Shown: piece by piece, positions 1 through 9,423 of the stretch
Layout of the letters: the number at the start of each line of letters is the position of its first letter
Numbering within the stretch: position 1 is the stretch's first letter
From: Candidatus Omnitrophota bacterium
Lineage (GTDB): Bacteria; Omnitrophota; Gorgyraeia; 2-01-FULL-45-10
DNA: 59,524 nt
Assembly: GCA_017993955.1 (NCBI GenBank)
Contig: JAGOLR010000006.1
Span: forward strand, 1-59,524
Direction of reading: 5' to 3'
Notes under the pieces: generated by a model
What the model was told of the DNA's origin: nothing
The model's database searches: none
Seen by the model: the letters and a program-made list of their open reading frames with translations, nothing else
Made by a program: the position numbers and the translations under genes

Positions 1-2
1 GG

Positions 3-293
3 TCTGACTCCAAAGTGTTCGCTACCCCTCCCGTTAGACCGGTAACAGACTCCTCCGTATTGGCGGCTATGGCTGACGGCTTCATAATGGTCGTCCAGGC
101 CGGCCGAACGCAGCGCGATATAGTGAAACATGCAGAACATCGCCTTTCGCACGCCCACGCCAATCTCCTGGGCTATGTGATGACCAATATAGAATATCAT
201 CTTCCTCAGTACCTCTACCGCTACGTCCACAAATATAGCGATAATGCCTATTATGGCAAAAAAGTAGATAGTAGCGTGCCGGTGAATGCCTAG
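3..293 (+). CDS. C-terminal fragment of a polysaccharide co-polymerase tyrosine autokinase (BY-kinase, Wzc/EpsG/CpsD-like); 5' end outside window
   Basis: Frame open to window edge; DSSVLAAMADGFIMVVQAGRT...LLGYVMTN resembles the end of the BY-kinase ATPase core; tail YHLPQYLYRYVHKYSDNAYYG is a tyrosine cluster. Confidence 0.65.
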   Translation, partial: SDSKVFATPPVRPVTDSSVLAAMADGFIMVVQAGRTQRDIVKHAEHRLSHAHANLLGYVMTNIEYHLPQYLYRYVHKYSDNAYYGKKVDSSVPVNA

Positions 294-384
294 GATTTTG
301 CATAGGTATAAAAGTAAAACTATGCCTATAGCGTAAATATAATAAAAATCTTAAAATTATAATTAATGAACGGAGAATGGTGGT

Positions 385-1407
385 ATGCGATTTTTAGTAA
401 CAGGTGGAGCCGGTTTTATAGGAAGTCATATCGTTGAACGCTTACTCAACGAAGGCCACTTTGTCCGCGTCCTTGACAATTTCTCAAGCGGCAAAGAGTC
501 AAATCTTAGTTTTGTGCTCGATCCGATAACCGCTAACCGAAAACCGACAACCGACAACTTTGAACTGATTCGCGGTGACATCCGCGACTCCGCGACATGC
601 ATGCTTGCCACCCAGGGTATTGATTACGTACTGCACCAGGCGGCCTTGAGAAGCGTGCCGAAGTCGATGATTATGCCTCACGAATACAACGCAGTCAATA
701 TAGATGGCACAGTAAACATGCTTGAAGCGGCTTTAAAGAATAAAGTGAAACGGTTCGTTTATGCTTCATCGAGCTCGGTCTATGGAGATGCCAAGTCTTT
801 TCCTCAGAAAGAGACAGATCCTTGTTATCCCATTTCACCATACGCACTTACAAAGTTGACGGACGAACACTATGCCAGGGTCTTTAGCGTAAATTTTGGC
901 CTTGAGACCTTAGGTTTAAGATATTTTAATGTTTTTGGCCCACGGCAGTCAGCCGATGACGAATATGCGATAGTTATACCTAAATTCGTGACTTGTATAC
1001 TGAACGACAAGAATCCGCCTATCCACGGCACCGGCAAGCAGTCCCGGGACTTTACCTACGTCGATAATGTGGTCCAAGCGAACATCTTAGCTGCCACCAC
1101 AAACACTAAGACCTACCACCTAAGACCTAATATAGCAAAATCAACTTTTTACGGGATATTCAACGTGGCATGTGGACAGGATCAAACAATCCTCGACCTC
1201 GTCGCTACCATTAGTAAGATCATTAGCAAGTCAGTAAAACCCTTACATGGCCCTGTTCGCCAGGGAGATGTGTTCCGTACCCTTGCTGATATATCTCATA
1301 CAAAGTTAGTTCTTGGTTATAAACCACAAGTCAGTTTTGAGGACGGATTGAGGTTGACCGTAGCATGGTTTGAACAAAAATTGTCTAATACTATAGAGGC
1401 TAAATGA
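385..1407 (+). CDS. NAD-dependent sugar-nucleotide epimerase/dehydratase (extended SDR, WbpP/TviC-like UDP-sugar 4-epimerase family)
   Basis: Rossmann motif VTGGAGFIGSH, HQAALRSVPKS, catalytic YALTK (YxxxK); GGAGA Shine-Dalgarno upstream of ATG. Confidence 0.85.
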   Translation: MRFLVTGGAGFIGSHIVERLLNEGHFVRVLDNFSSGKESNLSFVLDPITANRKPTTDNFELIRGDIRDSATCMLATQGIDYVLHQAALRSVPKSMIMPHEYNAVNIDGTVNMLEAALKNKVKRFVYASSSSVYGDAKSFPQKETDPCYPISPYALTKLTDEHYARVFSVNFGLETLGLRYFNVFGPRQSADDEYAIVIPKFVTCILNDKNPPIHGTGKQSRDFTYVDNVVQANILAATTNTKTYHLRPNIAKSTFYGIFNVACGQDQTILDLVATISKIISKSVKPLHGPVRQGDVFRTLADISHTKLVLGYKPQVSFEDGLRLTVAWFEQKLSNTIEAK

Positions 1408-1466
1408 AATTATAACGTATTAGTACTTTTTTCCACTGCAAATCAAATTGTGATATAGGAAAAAGA

Positions 1467-2933
1467 ATGGCTTTAAAACAAGAAACTATTTCTGGAATCA
1501 AGTGGCAGGTAGGAATGAGCCTGGCGCAAAAAGCCATATCTTTTCTTGGCACCATAATTCTAGCTAGGCATTTAGGCCCGTCTGTATTTGGCTTATTTGC
1601 GTTCGCTATGGTCATAGAAGGGTCATTTGAATTATTTAAAAGTATGGGCATAGATTCCGCCCTTATACGGAGGCAGGGCGATTTTAAAAAGGCAGCAAAC
1701 ACTGCTTTTTTGATAATCCCCCTACTTGGTGTTGCACTTTTTTTAGCAATGTTTTTTTCCGCCCCTTCGATTGGCAATATGTTAGGAAATAAGGATATTG
1801 TGCCGATACTTAGGGCCCTGGGCATTATTTTTGTTTTTAGCTGTTTTGCAAGGGTTCCATCCGCGATACTTGAAAAAAGAATGGAATTTAAGCGAATTTC
1901 AATTGCGGAATTTTATTCCTCCATTTTATTTACCGGTTTTGCCATAATCTTTGCATTTTTAAGTTTTGAAGTATGGTCCTTAGTTTTTGCATATATAATA
2001 AAGACTTTTTTTTACATGGTCATGGTATTTATGTTCGCTAGATGGCGTTTTACCTTCGACTTTGATATAAAATTGGCTAAAGAAATGATCGTTTTCGGGA
2101 AATTTATTTTTTTAGCAACATTAGTAGCATTTCTAAAATCCAATCTTGATAATTTGCTTGTAGGTAAGCTTCTAGGAGTTACGATGCTGGGTTATTATGC
2201 CGTTGCCTTTAACGTTGCAAACCTTTGTTATGATTATATCGGGAGCAAGATCGGCAGGGTTATTTACCCCGCATATTCAAAACTCTCTCGTGATTTTGAT
2301 AACATGCGGAACGCTTTTCTTAAAACTTTTAAATATACGGCAATCTTTGTAATTCCTATAGGGCTGGGGACATTCTTTTTAGCTAAAGATTTTTTGTTGC
2401 TTGCATATGGTGAAAAATGGGTTGATGCTTATAAAGTATTGCAGATATTAGCATGGGCCGGAATTTTTAATACATTGCCGGTTCCCTTAAGGGCCATATT
2501 TTTTACTATGAATAAACCTAATCTTGCTTTTTTTATGTCCGCTATACAAGTGGTAATATTTTTCATTTTTATAACACCTGCGGCTAAAATGTTTATGCTT
2601 AATGGAGTTGGTATAGTTGTAAGCGTATCCAGTTTTATGGCTTTTATAATATCATTATTTTGGGGTATGCGTCTGTTATCAATAACTTATTACCAGATTT
2701 ACGCATGCCTCAAACCAGCCCTCGTTGCTTCTTTTTACACTTTTTCGGTAATGATTATTTTGAGGTTTTTGTTTATGACGAACAAATTTATTATATCCTT
2801 TAACGGTGCCATTGCCTTTGCAAGCATTGTTCTTATTGCAGTTTTTATGTACATAGCTATCATACAAAAGACCGAAAAAGATGTATCTATAGACCTGAAG
2901 CTTTTGATTTGGCGTAAGCTGTGCAAAAACTAG
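1467..2933 (+). CDS. Wzx-type polysaccharide flippase (MOP superfamily)
   Basis: 488 aa, a dozen or more hydrophobic segments, N-terminal GIKWQVGMSLAQKAISFLGTIILARHLGP typical of polysaccharide biosynthesis/flippase proteins; EPS operon context. Confidence 0.8.
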   Translation: MALKQETISGIKWQVGMSLAQKAISFLGTIILARHLGPSVFGLFAFAMVIEGSFELFKSMGIDSALIRRQGDFKKAANTAFLIIPLLGVALFLAMFFSAPSIGNMLGNKDIVPILRALGIIFVFSCFARVPSAILEKRMEFKRISIAEFYSSILFTGFAIIFAFLSFEVWSLVFAYIIKTFFYMVMVFMFARWRFTFDFDIKLAKEMIVFGKFIFLATLVAFLKSNLDNLLVGKLLGVTMLGYYAVAFNVANLCYDYIGSKIGRVIYPAYSKLSRDFDNMRNAFLKTFKYTAIFVIPIGLGTFFLAKDFLLLAYGEKWVDAYKVLQILAWAGIFNTLPVPLRAIFFTMNKPNLAFFMSAIQVVIFFIFITPAAKMFMLNGVGIVVSVSSFMAFIISLFWGMRLLSITYYQIYACLKPALVASFYTFSVMIILRFLFMTNKFIISFNGAIAFASIVLIAVFMYIAIIQKTEKDVSIDLKLLIWRKLCKN

Positions 2934-2952
2934 CCTATTACAGGAAACCTCG

Positions 2953-4146
2953 ATGATAGTTAAGAATATACGAATGTGCGAAGGGAAAAACGATTGCAGA
3001 CTAAGCGCAACCGTTTCGTGCGGCAGCTTAAATACTGCTACCGACTTTGATTTGTGGTATGCCTTTCCTAAAGAATACAAACAATTTATCTCGCTTACAG
3101 CGAATCCTTTTTTTGCAGCTCTTTTGCTTCCAAGTATGAGTATGTGTGAACCCCTCATTATAGATGGGCCCATTTCACCGCGGCTATATTCCGCATCATC
3201 AAAAATAATGGATATTTTTAATGCATGGGATAAATCCTTTAAAAAAATAAAAATCGAAGCCGAAGATGGTATGAATTTTATGGATCCGATTGCAAATGCC
3301 AGCTTTTTTTCAGGGGGAGTCGATTCGTTCTATACTATCTTGAAAAACATGGAGCTCCATCAGAACGATGCGGATTCAATATCTCATCTTATACTAATAC
3401 ATGGTTTTGATATTCCGTTAAATGATGAAGAAATGTTCAATAAAGTTTTTAAAAATATTTCTAATATAGGAGAGCGTTTAGGCAAAAAAGTAATTACAGT
3501 TAAAACTAATCTTAGGGACGTGACGAAGGCTTATGCAAAATGGGGTCTTTATCATGGCGGCGCCTTAGTAAGCATTGCTTTGGTGTTGGAAAAATTATTT
3601 AAGAAGGTTTATATAGCGGGTGCGGATTCTTATGCACAGCTTATTCCTACGGGTCTTACTCCATATCTTGATCCACTATGGTCTACCGAAAATTTAATAT
3701 TCGAGCACGATGGTGCGGAAGCAACTAGGCTTGAAAAGATACAATATCAGATTATCAAATCTCCTGTAGCTCTGGAAAATTTGAGGGTTTGCTGGAAGAA
3801 TGCCGCTCAGGAATTTAATTGCTGTGAATGTGAAAAATGTCTTAGGACCATGATATCCTTGTCGTTGCTGGGAGTTCTGGGAAAATGTAGCACATTCAAT
3901 AAGCCGATCTCTTTGGAAAAAGTACGAAATTTGGAAATAGATGACTCCACTGCAATGTTTTTCAAAGAGAATCTGGAATTGGCAGGCACGTTAAAGGATG
4001 ATTCTGCTATGCTATTATCAATACAAACATGCCTTCGCAAGAACGGTTATTATAAGCGGTTCGGCGGCCTAAAGACTTTTTTAAAAAAAATAGATGAAAA
4101 TGTAACCGCGGGTTCCTTAAAAAAAATTTACAGACTATTAAGATAA
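2953..4146 (+). CDS. Hypothetical protein with PP-loop-like SGGVDS motif and C-terminal Cys cluster (QueC/ATP-pyrophosphatase-like?)
   Basis: 397-aa ORF in operon; FFSGGVDSFYT matches the SGGxDS PP-loop; CWKNAAQEFNCCECEKCLRT resembles the Zn-binding Cys cluster of QueC-type enzymes; no family recognised with certainty. Confidence 0.6.
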   Translation: MIVKNIRMCEGKNDCRLSATVSCGSLNTATDFDLWYAFPKEYKQFISLTANPFFAALLLPSMSMCEPLIIDGPISPRLYSASSKIMDIFNAWDKSFKKIKIEAEDGMNFMDPIANASFFSGGVDSFYTILKNMELHQNDADSISHLILIHGFDIPLNDEEMFNKVFKNISNIGERLGKKVITVKTNLRDVTKAYAKWGLYHGGALVSIALVLEKLFKKVYIAGADSYAQLIPTGLTPYLDPLWSTENLIFEHDGAEATRLEKIQYQIIKSPVALENLRVCWKNAAQEFNCCECEKCLRTMISLSLLGVLGKCSTFNKPISLEKVRNLEIDDSTAMFFKENLELAGTLKDDSAMLLSIQTCLRKNGYYKRFGGLKTFLKKIDENVTAGSLKKIYRLLR

Positions 4147-4160
4147 ATGGCTTAAATAAC

Positions 4161-5480
4161 ATGAAAAAAATTTTACATCTTCATGCGGCTAGAATAAATA
4201 TGGGGGATGATGCGCTGGTTCGCGCCATACATTCCTCATTTCATAAAGCACTAAAAAAATACGGAGGAGCTAAATTTTTCGATATTTCAAGCGCAGAATT
4301 TAATGATGACGCAGATCCGATAGAAAATTTTATTCCTCTTGGTAGCTTTTTTAAACTCCGATTTTTTTTGAAGCTTATAAGAGCTCTGTACGAATCCGAT
4401 TTCGTTATATGTGGGGGTGGCGACCTAATTAACGGTACAGTTTCATATCTAGGAGTTATTGCAATTGCTAAAATTCTCGGTGTCCCCGTAGTCTTATTAA
4501 GTGTTGGTGCCGATATGCGGTCAGCTTCGAAAGTTCAGCGTCTATATTCACGACTAATTATTCCTTTTGTGGATGCGGTAATTTTAAGGGAGGAAGGAAG
4601 TGCGGAAGAGTTTGCGAAACTTCGAGTACCAGCAAAAAAAATATTTAAAGCTGCTGATATTGCTTTGGTCCTTGATGATGCCGGTATAAAACAGGCGAAG
4701 AATATATTAAAAAACGAGCAGATTAACTCTTCTCGAGATCATATCGGTATATCTATACGCACCCCAGAGGATCGGCGGCTAATTTGGGGCGAGAAGGAAT
4801 ATCTATGTATTGCCGAATTATGTGATTATATAACCGAATCTTTTGGTGTCGATATAATTTTTGTGCCTATGCTTAATAACAAACGATGGCATTTTTCATC
4901 TTTTTCCAAATTCGACTCATCCTATTCCGATGAAAAAATATCTGATCTCATTATTGATAAAATAATCAATAAAAAAAATGTGCACGTTATCAGGGGAAAT
5001 TATACTGCTTCGGAAATTCAGTCATTATTTGGATCTATGAAAATTGTGCTAGGGATGAGGTTGCATTCGCTGATATTGTCCCTTAATGCAGGTAGCCCTT
5101 TTGTAGCTATTAATTACAGTCCAAAATCAGATCGTTTTACAAATCTTTTGGACATTCCGGGTATCACTATTTCTGCCCATGCTTTAAATTTTGATATGTT
5201 AAAACAAAAAGTTGATTATGTTTGGGAACGCAGGGACGATTTGCGAATGCTTTTAAAAGAAAAGCATGGTGAATTGAAAAATCGTGCATTACGTAATACC
5301 GAAATTGCATTACAATTCATGCGCAAAAAAAACATATTTCAATTTTGGATTTTTATAATTCCAGCTTTTCTCTTTAATTTTTTTATACATATCCCCACTT
5401 ATTTAATCGCAAATAGCAGCATTACTATATTCCCACCTTTTATGGAAACATGTAAACCGAAGAGATGTCAAAATGGGTAG
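4161..5480 (+). CDS. Polysaccharide pyruvyl transferase (CsaB/WcaK-like) with C-terminal hydrophobic tail
   Basis: ICGGGDLINGT and MRLHSLILSLNAGSPFVAINYSPKSDRF are the two signature blocks of the pyruvyl transferase family. Confidence 0.75.
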   Translation: MKKILHLHAARINMGDDALVRAIHSSFHKALKKYGGAKFFDISSAEFNDDADPIENFIPLGSFFKLRFFLKLIRALYESDFVICGGGDLINGTVSYLGVIAIAKILGVPVVLLSVGADMRSASKVQRLYSRLIIPFVDAVILREEGSAEEFAKLRVPAKKIFKAADIALVLDDAGIKQAKNILKNEQINSSRDHIGISIRTPEDRRLIWGEKEYLCIAELCDYITESFGVDIIFVPMLNNKRWHFSSFSKFDSSYSDEKISDLIIDKIINKKNVHVIRGNYTASEIQSLFGSMKIVLGMRLHSLILSLNAGSPFVAINYSPKSDRFTNLLDIPGITISAHALNFDMLKQKVDYVWERRDDLRMLLKEKHGELKNRALRNTEIALQFMRKKNIFQFWIFIIPAFLFNFFIHIPTYLIANSSITIFPPFMETCKPKRCQNG

Positions 5481-6621
5481 AAGGTTAAATGTATTATTTT
5501 ACGAGTCTTCATCTGGTTTTGGCGGTTCTGCAAATGCGTTAGCAAATTTAATTCGCCATTTAGATCCAATAAAATATAATCCTTTTATTGCAGTAGTTAG
5601 AATGGGTTTTCAGATTCAGAAAATTGAAGGAACCAAAATTTTTCAAGTTGCTGGCTGCGATGAGCCAGCGCAAATGAGCAATCTCAGTTTTTTGAAGTTT
5701 TTTATCTGTCGCATTTTTCTTAATGCGTTGAAAATTTCAAGGATTATCTGGAGTCACAAGATTGATATTGTTCATGTGAATACTAATGTTATGCTGGGAT
5801 TACCGGCTATTATTGCAGCTAAGGTGGCAAGAATTCCTTGTGTTTGCCATATTAGGGATACGCGCTGTTTGATTCGTCGTGAACAATATTTTTCTCGATG
5901 GGTCACTCATTTTGTTATTATAAATAGCAGGGCGTTCGATATCTATAAAAAGGATATTCCCAAAACCAAGCTGAAGCTTATTCATGATGGTATAGATTTG
6001 CTAGATTTTGCTCACGTGCAAAAAAATCAATTACGAAGGGAGTTGCGTATAGGGCAAGATCCATTGGTCGGATTGGTAGGCCGGATTATAGCGGGAAAGG
6101 GGCAAAAAGAATTTATTTTATCAGCAAAAGAAGTGCTTAAGAAAAAACACGATCCAATATTTTTAATTGTCGGTGATGCCAAAGGTGAAGATGGTGTCTA
6201 TTACAGAGAGGTTGTGGAGTCTGTGCATGAAAATAAGCTCGAAGATAAGATGATTTTGACCGGCTGGCGCAACGATATCAAAGAAATAATCAACGATTTT
6301 GACATATTGGTTCAGGGTACCACTACTTTTCCTGAGGGGTTTGGCTTGACCTGCATAGAGGCAATGGCATTAAGTAAGCCGGTTATAGCAACACGGGTGC
6401 CCGGTCCAGCCGATATTGTAGTTGATGGACAAACAGGTTTTTTAGTCCCACCCGGAGACGTAAAGGCCATGGCTGATAAGATTGTTTATCTGCTTGATCA
6501 TCCGGATGTTGCCAAAAAGATGGGAGAAGCCGGCAGGGAAAGAGCGGAAAGCGTATTTAATATCAAGCATACAGTAAGGCAGATAGAAAGCATTTATGAA
6601 GAGCTGCTTAATGGAAAATAA
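5473..6621 (+). CDS. Glycosyltransferase family 4 (GT-B)
   Basis: EGFGLTCIEAMALSKPVIATRVPGPADIVVDGQTGFLV = EX7E-type GT4 C-terminal signature; 8-nt overlap with upstream gene. Confidence 0.85.
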   Translation: MGRRLNVLFYESSSGFGGSANALANLIRHLDPIKYNPFIAVVRMGFQIQKIEGTKIFQVAGCDEPAQMSNLSFLKFFICRIFLNALKISRIIWSHKIDIVHVNTNVMLGLPAIIAAKVARIPCVCHIRDTRCLIRREQYFSRWVTHFVIINSRAFDIYKKDIPKTKLKLIHDGIDLLDFAHVQKNQLRRELRIGQDPLVGLVGRIIAGKGQKEFILSAKEVLKKKHDPIFLIVGDAKGEDGVYYREVVESVHENKLEDKMILTGWRNDIKEIINDFDILVQGTTTFPEGFGLTCIEAMALSKPVIATRVPGPADIVVDGQTGFLVPPGDVKAMADKIVYLLDHPDVAKKMGEAGRERAESVFNIKHTVRQIESIYEELLNGK

Positions 6622-6623
6622 AT

Positions 6624-7142
6624 ATGTTTAGAAATATCAAAGCAGATTTTAAAAGAGAGTTATGCGGTGCCGCTAGCAATAATAAACTATTTAGAGTTAT
6701 GGAGTGCTTAGGCAATCAAGGTTTTCAGGCAGTGTTATGCTATCGCCTATGCAGATGGTTGATGCTAAAGCACATTCCGTTATTGGGCATAGTCATGCAA
6801 AGATTTATTGAAATTACTACTGGGATTTCAATATCACCAAGAGCCGATATAGGTAAAGGATTGCTTATATATCATTTTGGCGGGATAGTTGTTCATGAGT
6901 CTGCAAAGATCGGTGAAAATTGCACATTGCATCACGGGGTCACTATAGGCAATAAGGAGCCGGGCGGTAAGGCTCCAGTGATAGGGTTTAATGTTTGCAT
7001 CGGGGCCGGTGCTAAAGTATTAGGAAATATTACTATAGGTGATAATTGTAAGATCGGTGCGAATGCCGTAGTCGTATCTTCTATTCCCTCTAATTGTACA
7101 GCGGTAGGAATACCTGCCAGCATAAAAAATGCGAAAATATAA
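6624..7142 (+). CDS. Hexapeptide-repeat O-acetyltransferase (serine acetyltransferase/CysE-like)
   Basis: Left-handed beta-helix hexapeptide repeats IGENCTLHHGVTIG...IGAGAKVLGNITIGDNCKIGANAVV. Confidence 0.8.
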   Translation: MFRNIKADFKRELCGAASNNKLFRVMECLGNQGFQAVLCYRLCRWLMLKHIPLLGIVMQRFIEITTGISISPRADIGKGLLIYHFGGIVVHESAKIGENCTLHHGVTIGNKEPGGKAPVIGFNVCIGAGAKVLGNITIGDNCKIGANAVVVSSIPSNCTAVGIPASIKNAKI

Positions 7143-9423
7143 AATAGTATTTATTATAGATAGCCTGCTAGTCGCGGGTGCACAGCGGCAACTTTTAAGA
7201 TTGGCAAATGAGCTCATAAAGTGTGATTTTAATCTGGAAATAGTTTGCCTTGGCGGTGTAGATGAATCATTTGTAGGGCGTGACAGTTTAATCAAGATTC
7301 GCAAGGTCTCAATGGAAAGTATTAGAAACCCAAGCTTCTGGAAAGGATTTTTTGTATTGATCTCCGTATTGCGCAAGCATAAGCCTAATATTGTACATAC
7401 GTATCTTAATACAGCAAATGTTTTTGGAGCGATTGCTGCCAAGATAGCGGGGGTACCTGTTATTGTTACTTCCCGGCGTGACATGGGGCTTTTTAAGTCC
7501 GTCAGGATCGGTTTTTTGGAGCGCATGATAAATAGGTTTGCTGCGCGAATTATTTGTGTTTCAAATGCGGTAAAGGATAAAACCATACAAACGGAGAAGT
7601 ATGCCAATGGAAAAGTTGCGGTAATTTATAATGGCGTTGACCCATCTATTTTTCAGAGAGAAGGAAGGATTATCGAAAATGGTAAGTATTTTAATGTAGG
7701 AATAGTAGCTGCCATAAATCGAGAAACAAAGGGCCATAGGTATTTTATTGAAGCGGGCGAGAGTATCTTGCAAAAAAGAAGAGACGTTCGCTTTATTATC
7801 GTCGGCGATGGCCCGCTCAAACGGGATCTTGCAAAGCGGGTCAAAGATAAAGGGTTGGAGGAGTATTTCATATTTAAGAATGGACAAGATGATATAAGTA
7901 TTGAATTGAAGAGAATGGATATTTTTGTCATGCCATCGCTAAGTGAGGGATTCTCAAACGCTGTTTTAGAGGCAATGTCTATGGAGATCCCAGTTATAGC
8001 GACTGCTGTAGAGGGGAATCTGGAGATGATAGAAGATGGTGTTTCCGGATGTCTGGTCAAGCCGGCTGACCCGGATGCCATTGCGGAAAAGGTATCGTAT
8101 CTTTTAGAAAATCCGGATAAGGCAAAAGAAATAGGTGCAAAAGCTAGAGAACGGGTATTGGAGAGGTTTACCCTTGATGAGATGGTGGGAAATTATATTA
8201 GTCTGTATAAAAGCCTGGTAGAAAAGAAAAAAATCGGTTATGCGGTGTCTCTTTTTCCATGCTGGTCAGAGGTATTTATCCTGAATGAGATATCGGAACT
8301 GGTTAAAAAAGATGTCGACATAACAATATTTTCGATACGCAAGGATCTGGAGAATTTTACCCAGGAAAAAGCGAGGCCATTCCTGAAAAATACAAAGTAT
8401 GTAGCCATGCCAGGCTTAATAAGATCGACACTTGTATGGCTGATCAAAAAACCTTTTACTTTTATATCCATTTTCTTTCTAATCATATCGAACCGGTATA
8501 ACAATTTTGAAAAACTTGCCAAGGATCTCTGGAGCATGTTCGCGGGTTATTATTTTGCGGATATAGCTCGAAAAGAGCATATTTCGCATATTCATGCCCA
8601 TTTCGCGACATATCCTGCGCTTACAGCGATGACAGTATCGAAACTGACAGGTATACCGTTTACCTTCACCGCGCATGCTCACGATATATTTTTAGATAAA
8701 AAGTTATTATTGGAGAAATCGATTAATGCCAAAGATATCATCGCGATATCTGATTTTAATCGAAAATATATTACCGATCATTGCAAGAACGGAGTAGCAT
8801 CAAAAATTAAGGTGGTTCATTGCGGTATTGATCTTAACGAATTCGCTTTTTCTCATGAAAAAACGGAAACTGGTGAGAATGTGATCATTGGTATAGGTCG
8901 TCTTTCTAAGATGAAAGGATTCGACTATCTTGTAAAGGCGTGTGGCTTAATTAAAGCTCGCATCCCTTTCAAGTGCTACATCATAGGGGAAGGTCCTATG
9001 CGGAATGAGCTGGAAGGGCTGATAGGCACTCTGGGGCTTGATAAACAAGTAATTTTAACCGGAGTTTTAGATAGTTCGCAGATAAAGAATATGCTTGGCA
9101 AAGCAACTGTATTTTCCTTGCCTTCTATATGGGACGATGAAGATGGCCAGGATGGGATACCGGTTGTACTTATGGAGGCGATGGCTATGGGTATACCGGT
9201 AGTATCTACGCGAATTTCTGGTATCCCAGAACTTATCGAGGATGGTAAGGCCGGGTTTTTAGTTGAACCAAAAAATGTAAAAGAATTGGCGGACAAGTTA
9301 TATAGTATTATTACGGATAAAACGTTACGAGAAAAATTTTCAGCAAATGGTAGAAGAAAGGTTGAGCAAGGGTTCGACATTAATAAGAACGCGGCGTCGC
9401 TTCTTGAGGTCTTTACAAGATGA
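7129..9423 (+). CDS. Fused double glycosyltransferase (two complete GT4 units in one 764-aa protein)
   Basis: Two separate GT4 signatures: EGFSNAVLEAMSMEIPVIATAVEGNLEMIEDGVSGCLV (aa ~270-310) and DGIPVVLMEAMAMGIPVVSTRISGIPELIEDGKAGFLV (aa ~665-705). Confidence 0.8.
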   Translation: MRKYKIVFIIDSLLVAGAQRQLLRLANELIKCDFNLEIVCLGGVDESFVGRDSLIKIRKVSMESIRNPSFWKGFFVLISVLRKHKPNIVHTYLNTANVFGAIAAKIAGVPVIVTSRRDMGLFKSVRIGFLERMINRFAARIICVSNAVKDKTIQTEKYANGKVAVIYNGVDPSIFQREGRIIENGKYFNVGIVAAINRETKGHRYFIEAGESILQKRRDVRFIIVGDGPLKRDLAKRVKDKGLEEYFIFKNGQDDISIELKRMDIFVMPSLSEGFSNAVLEAMSMEIPVIATAVEGNLEMIEDGVSGCLVKPADPDAIAEKVSYLLENPDKAKEIGAKARERVLERFTLDEMVGNYISLYKSLVEKKKIGYAVSLFPCWSEVFILNEISELVKKDVDITIFSIRKDLENFTQEKARPFLKNTKYVAMPGLIRSTLVWLIKKPFTFISIFFLIISNRYNNFEKLAKDLWSMFAGYYFADIARKEHISHIHAHFATYPALTAMTVSKLTGIPFTFTAHAHDIFLDKKLLLEKSINAKDIIAISDFNRKYITDHCKNGVASKIKVVHCGIDLNEFAFSHEKTETGENVIIGIGRLSKMKGFDYLVKACGLIKARIPFKCYIIGEGPMRNELEGLIGTLGLDKQVILTGVLDSSQIKNMLGKATVFSLPSIWDDEDGQDGIPVVLMEAMAMGIPVVSTRISGIPELIEDGKAGFLVEPKNVKELADKLYSIITDKTLREKFSANGRRKVEQGFDINKNAASLLEVFTR

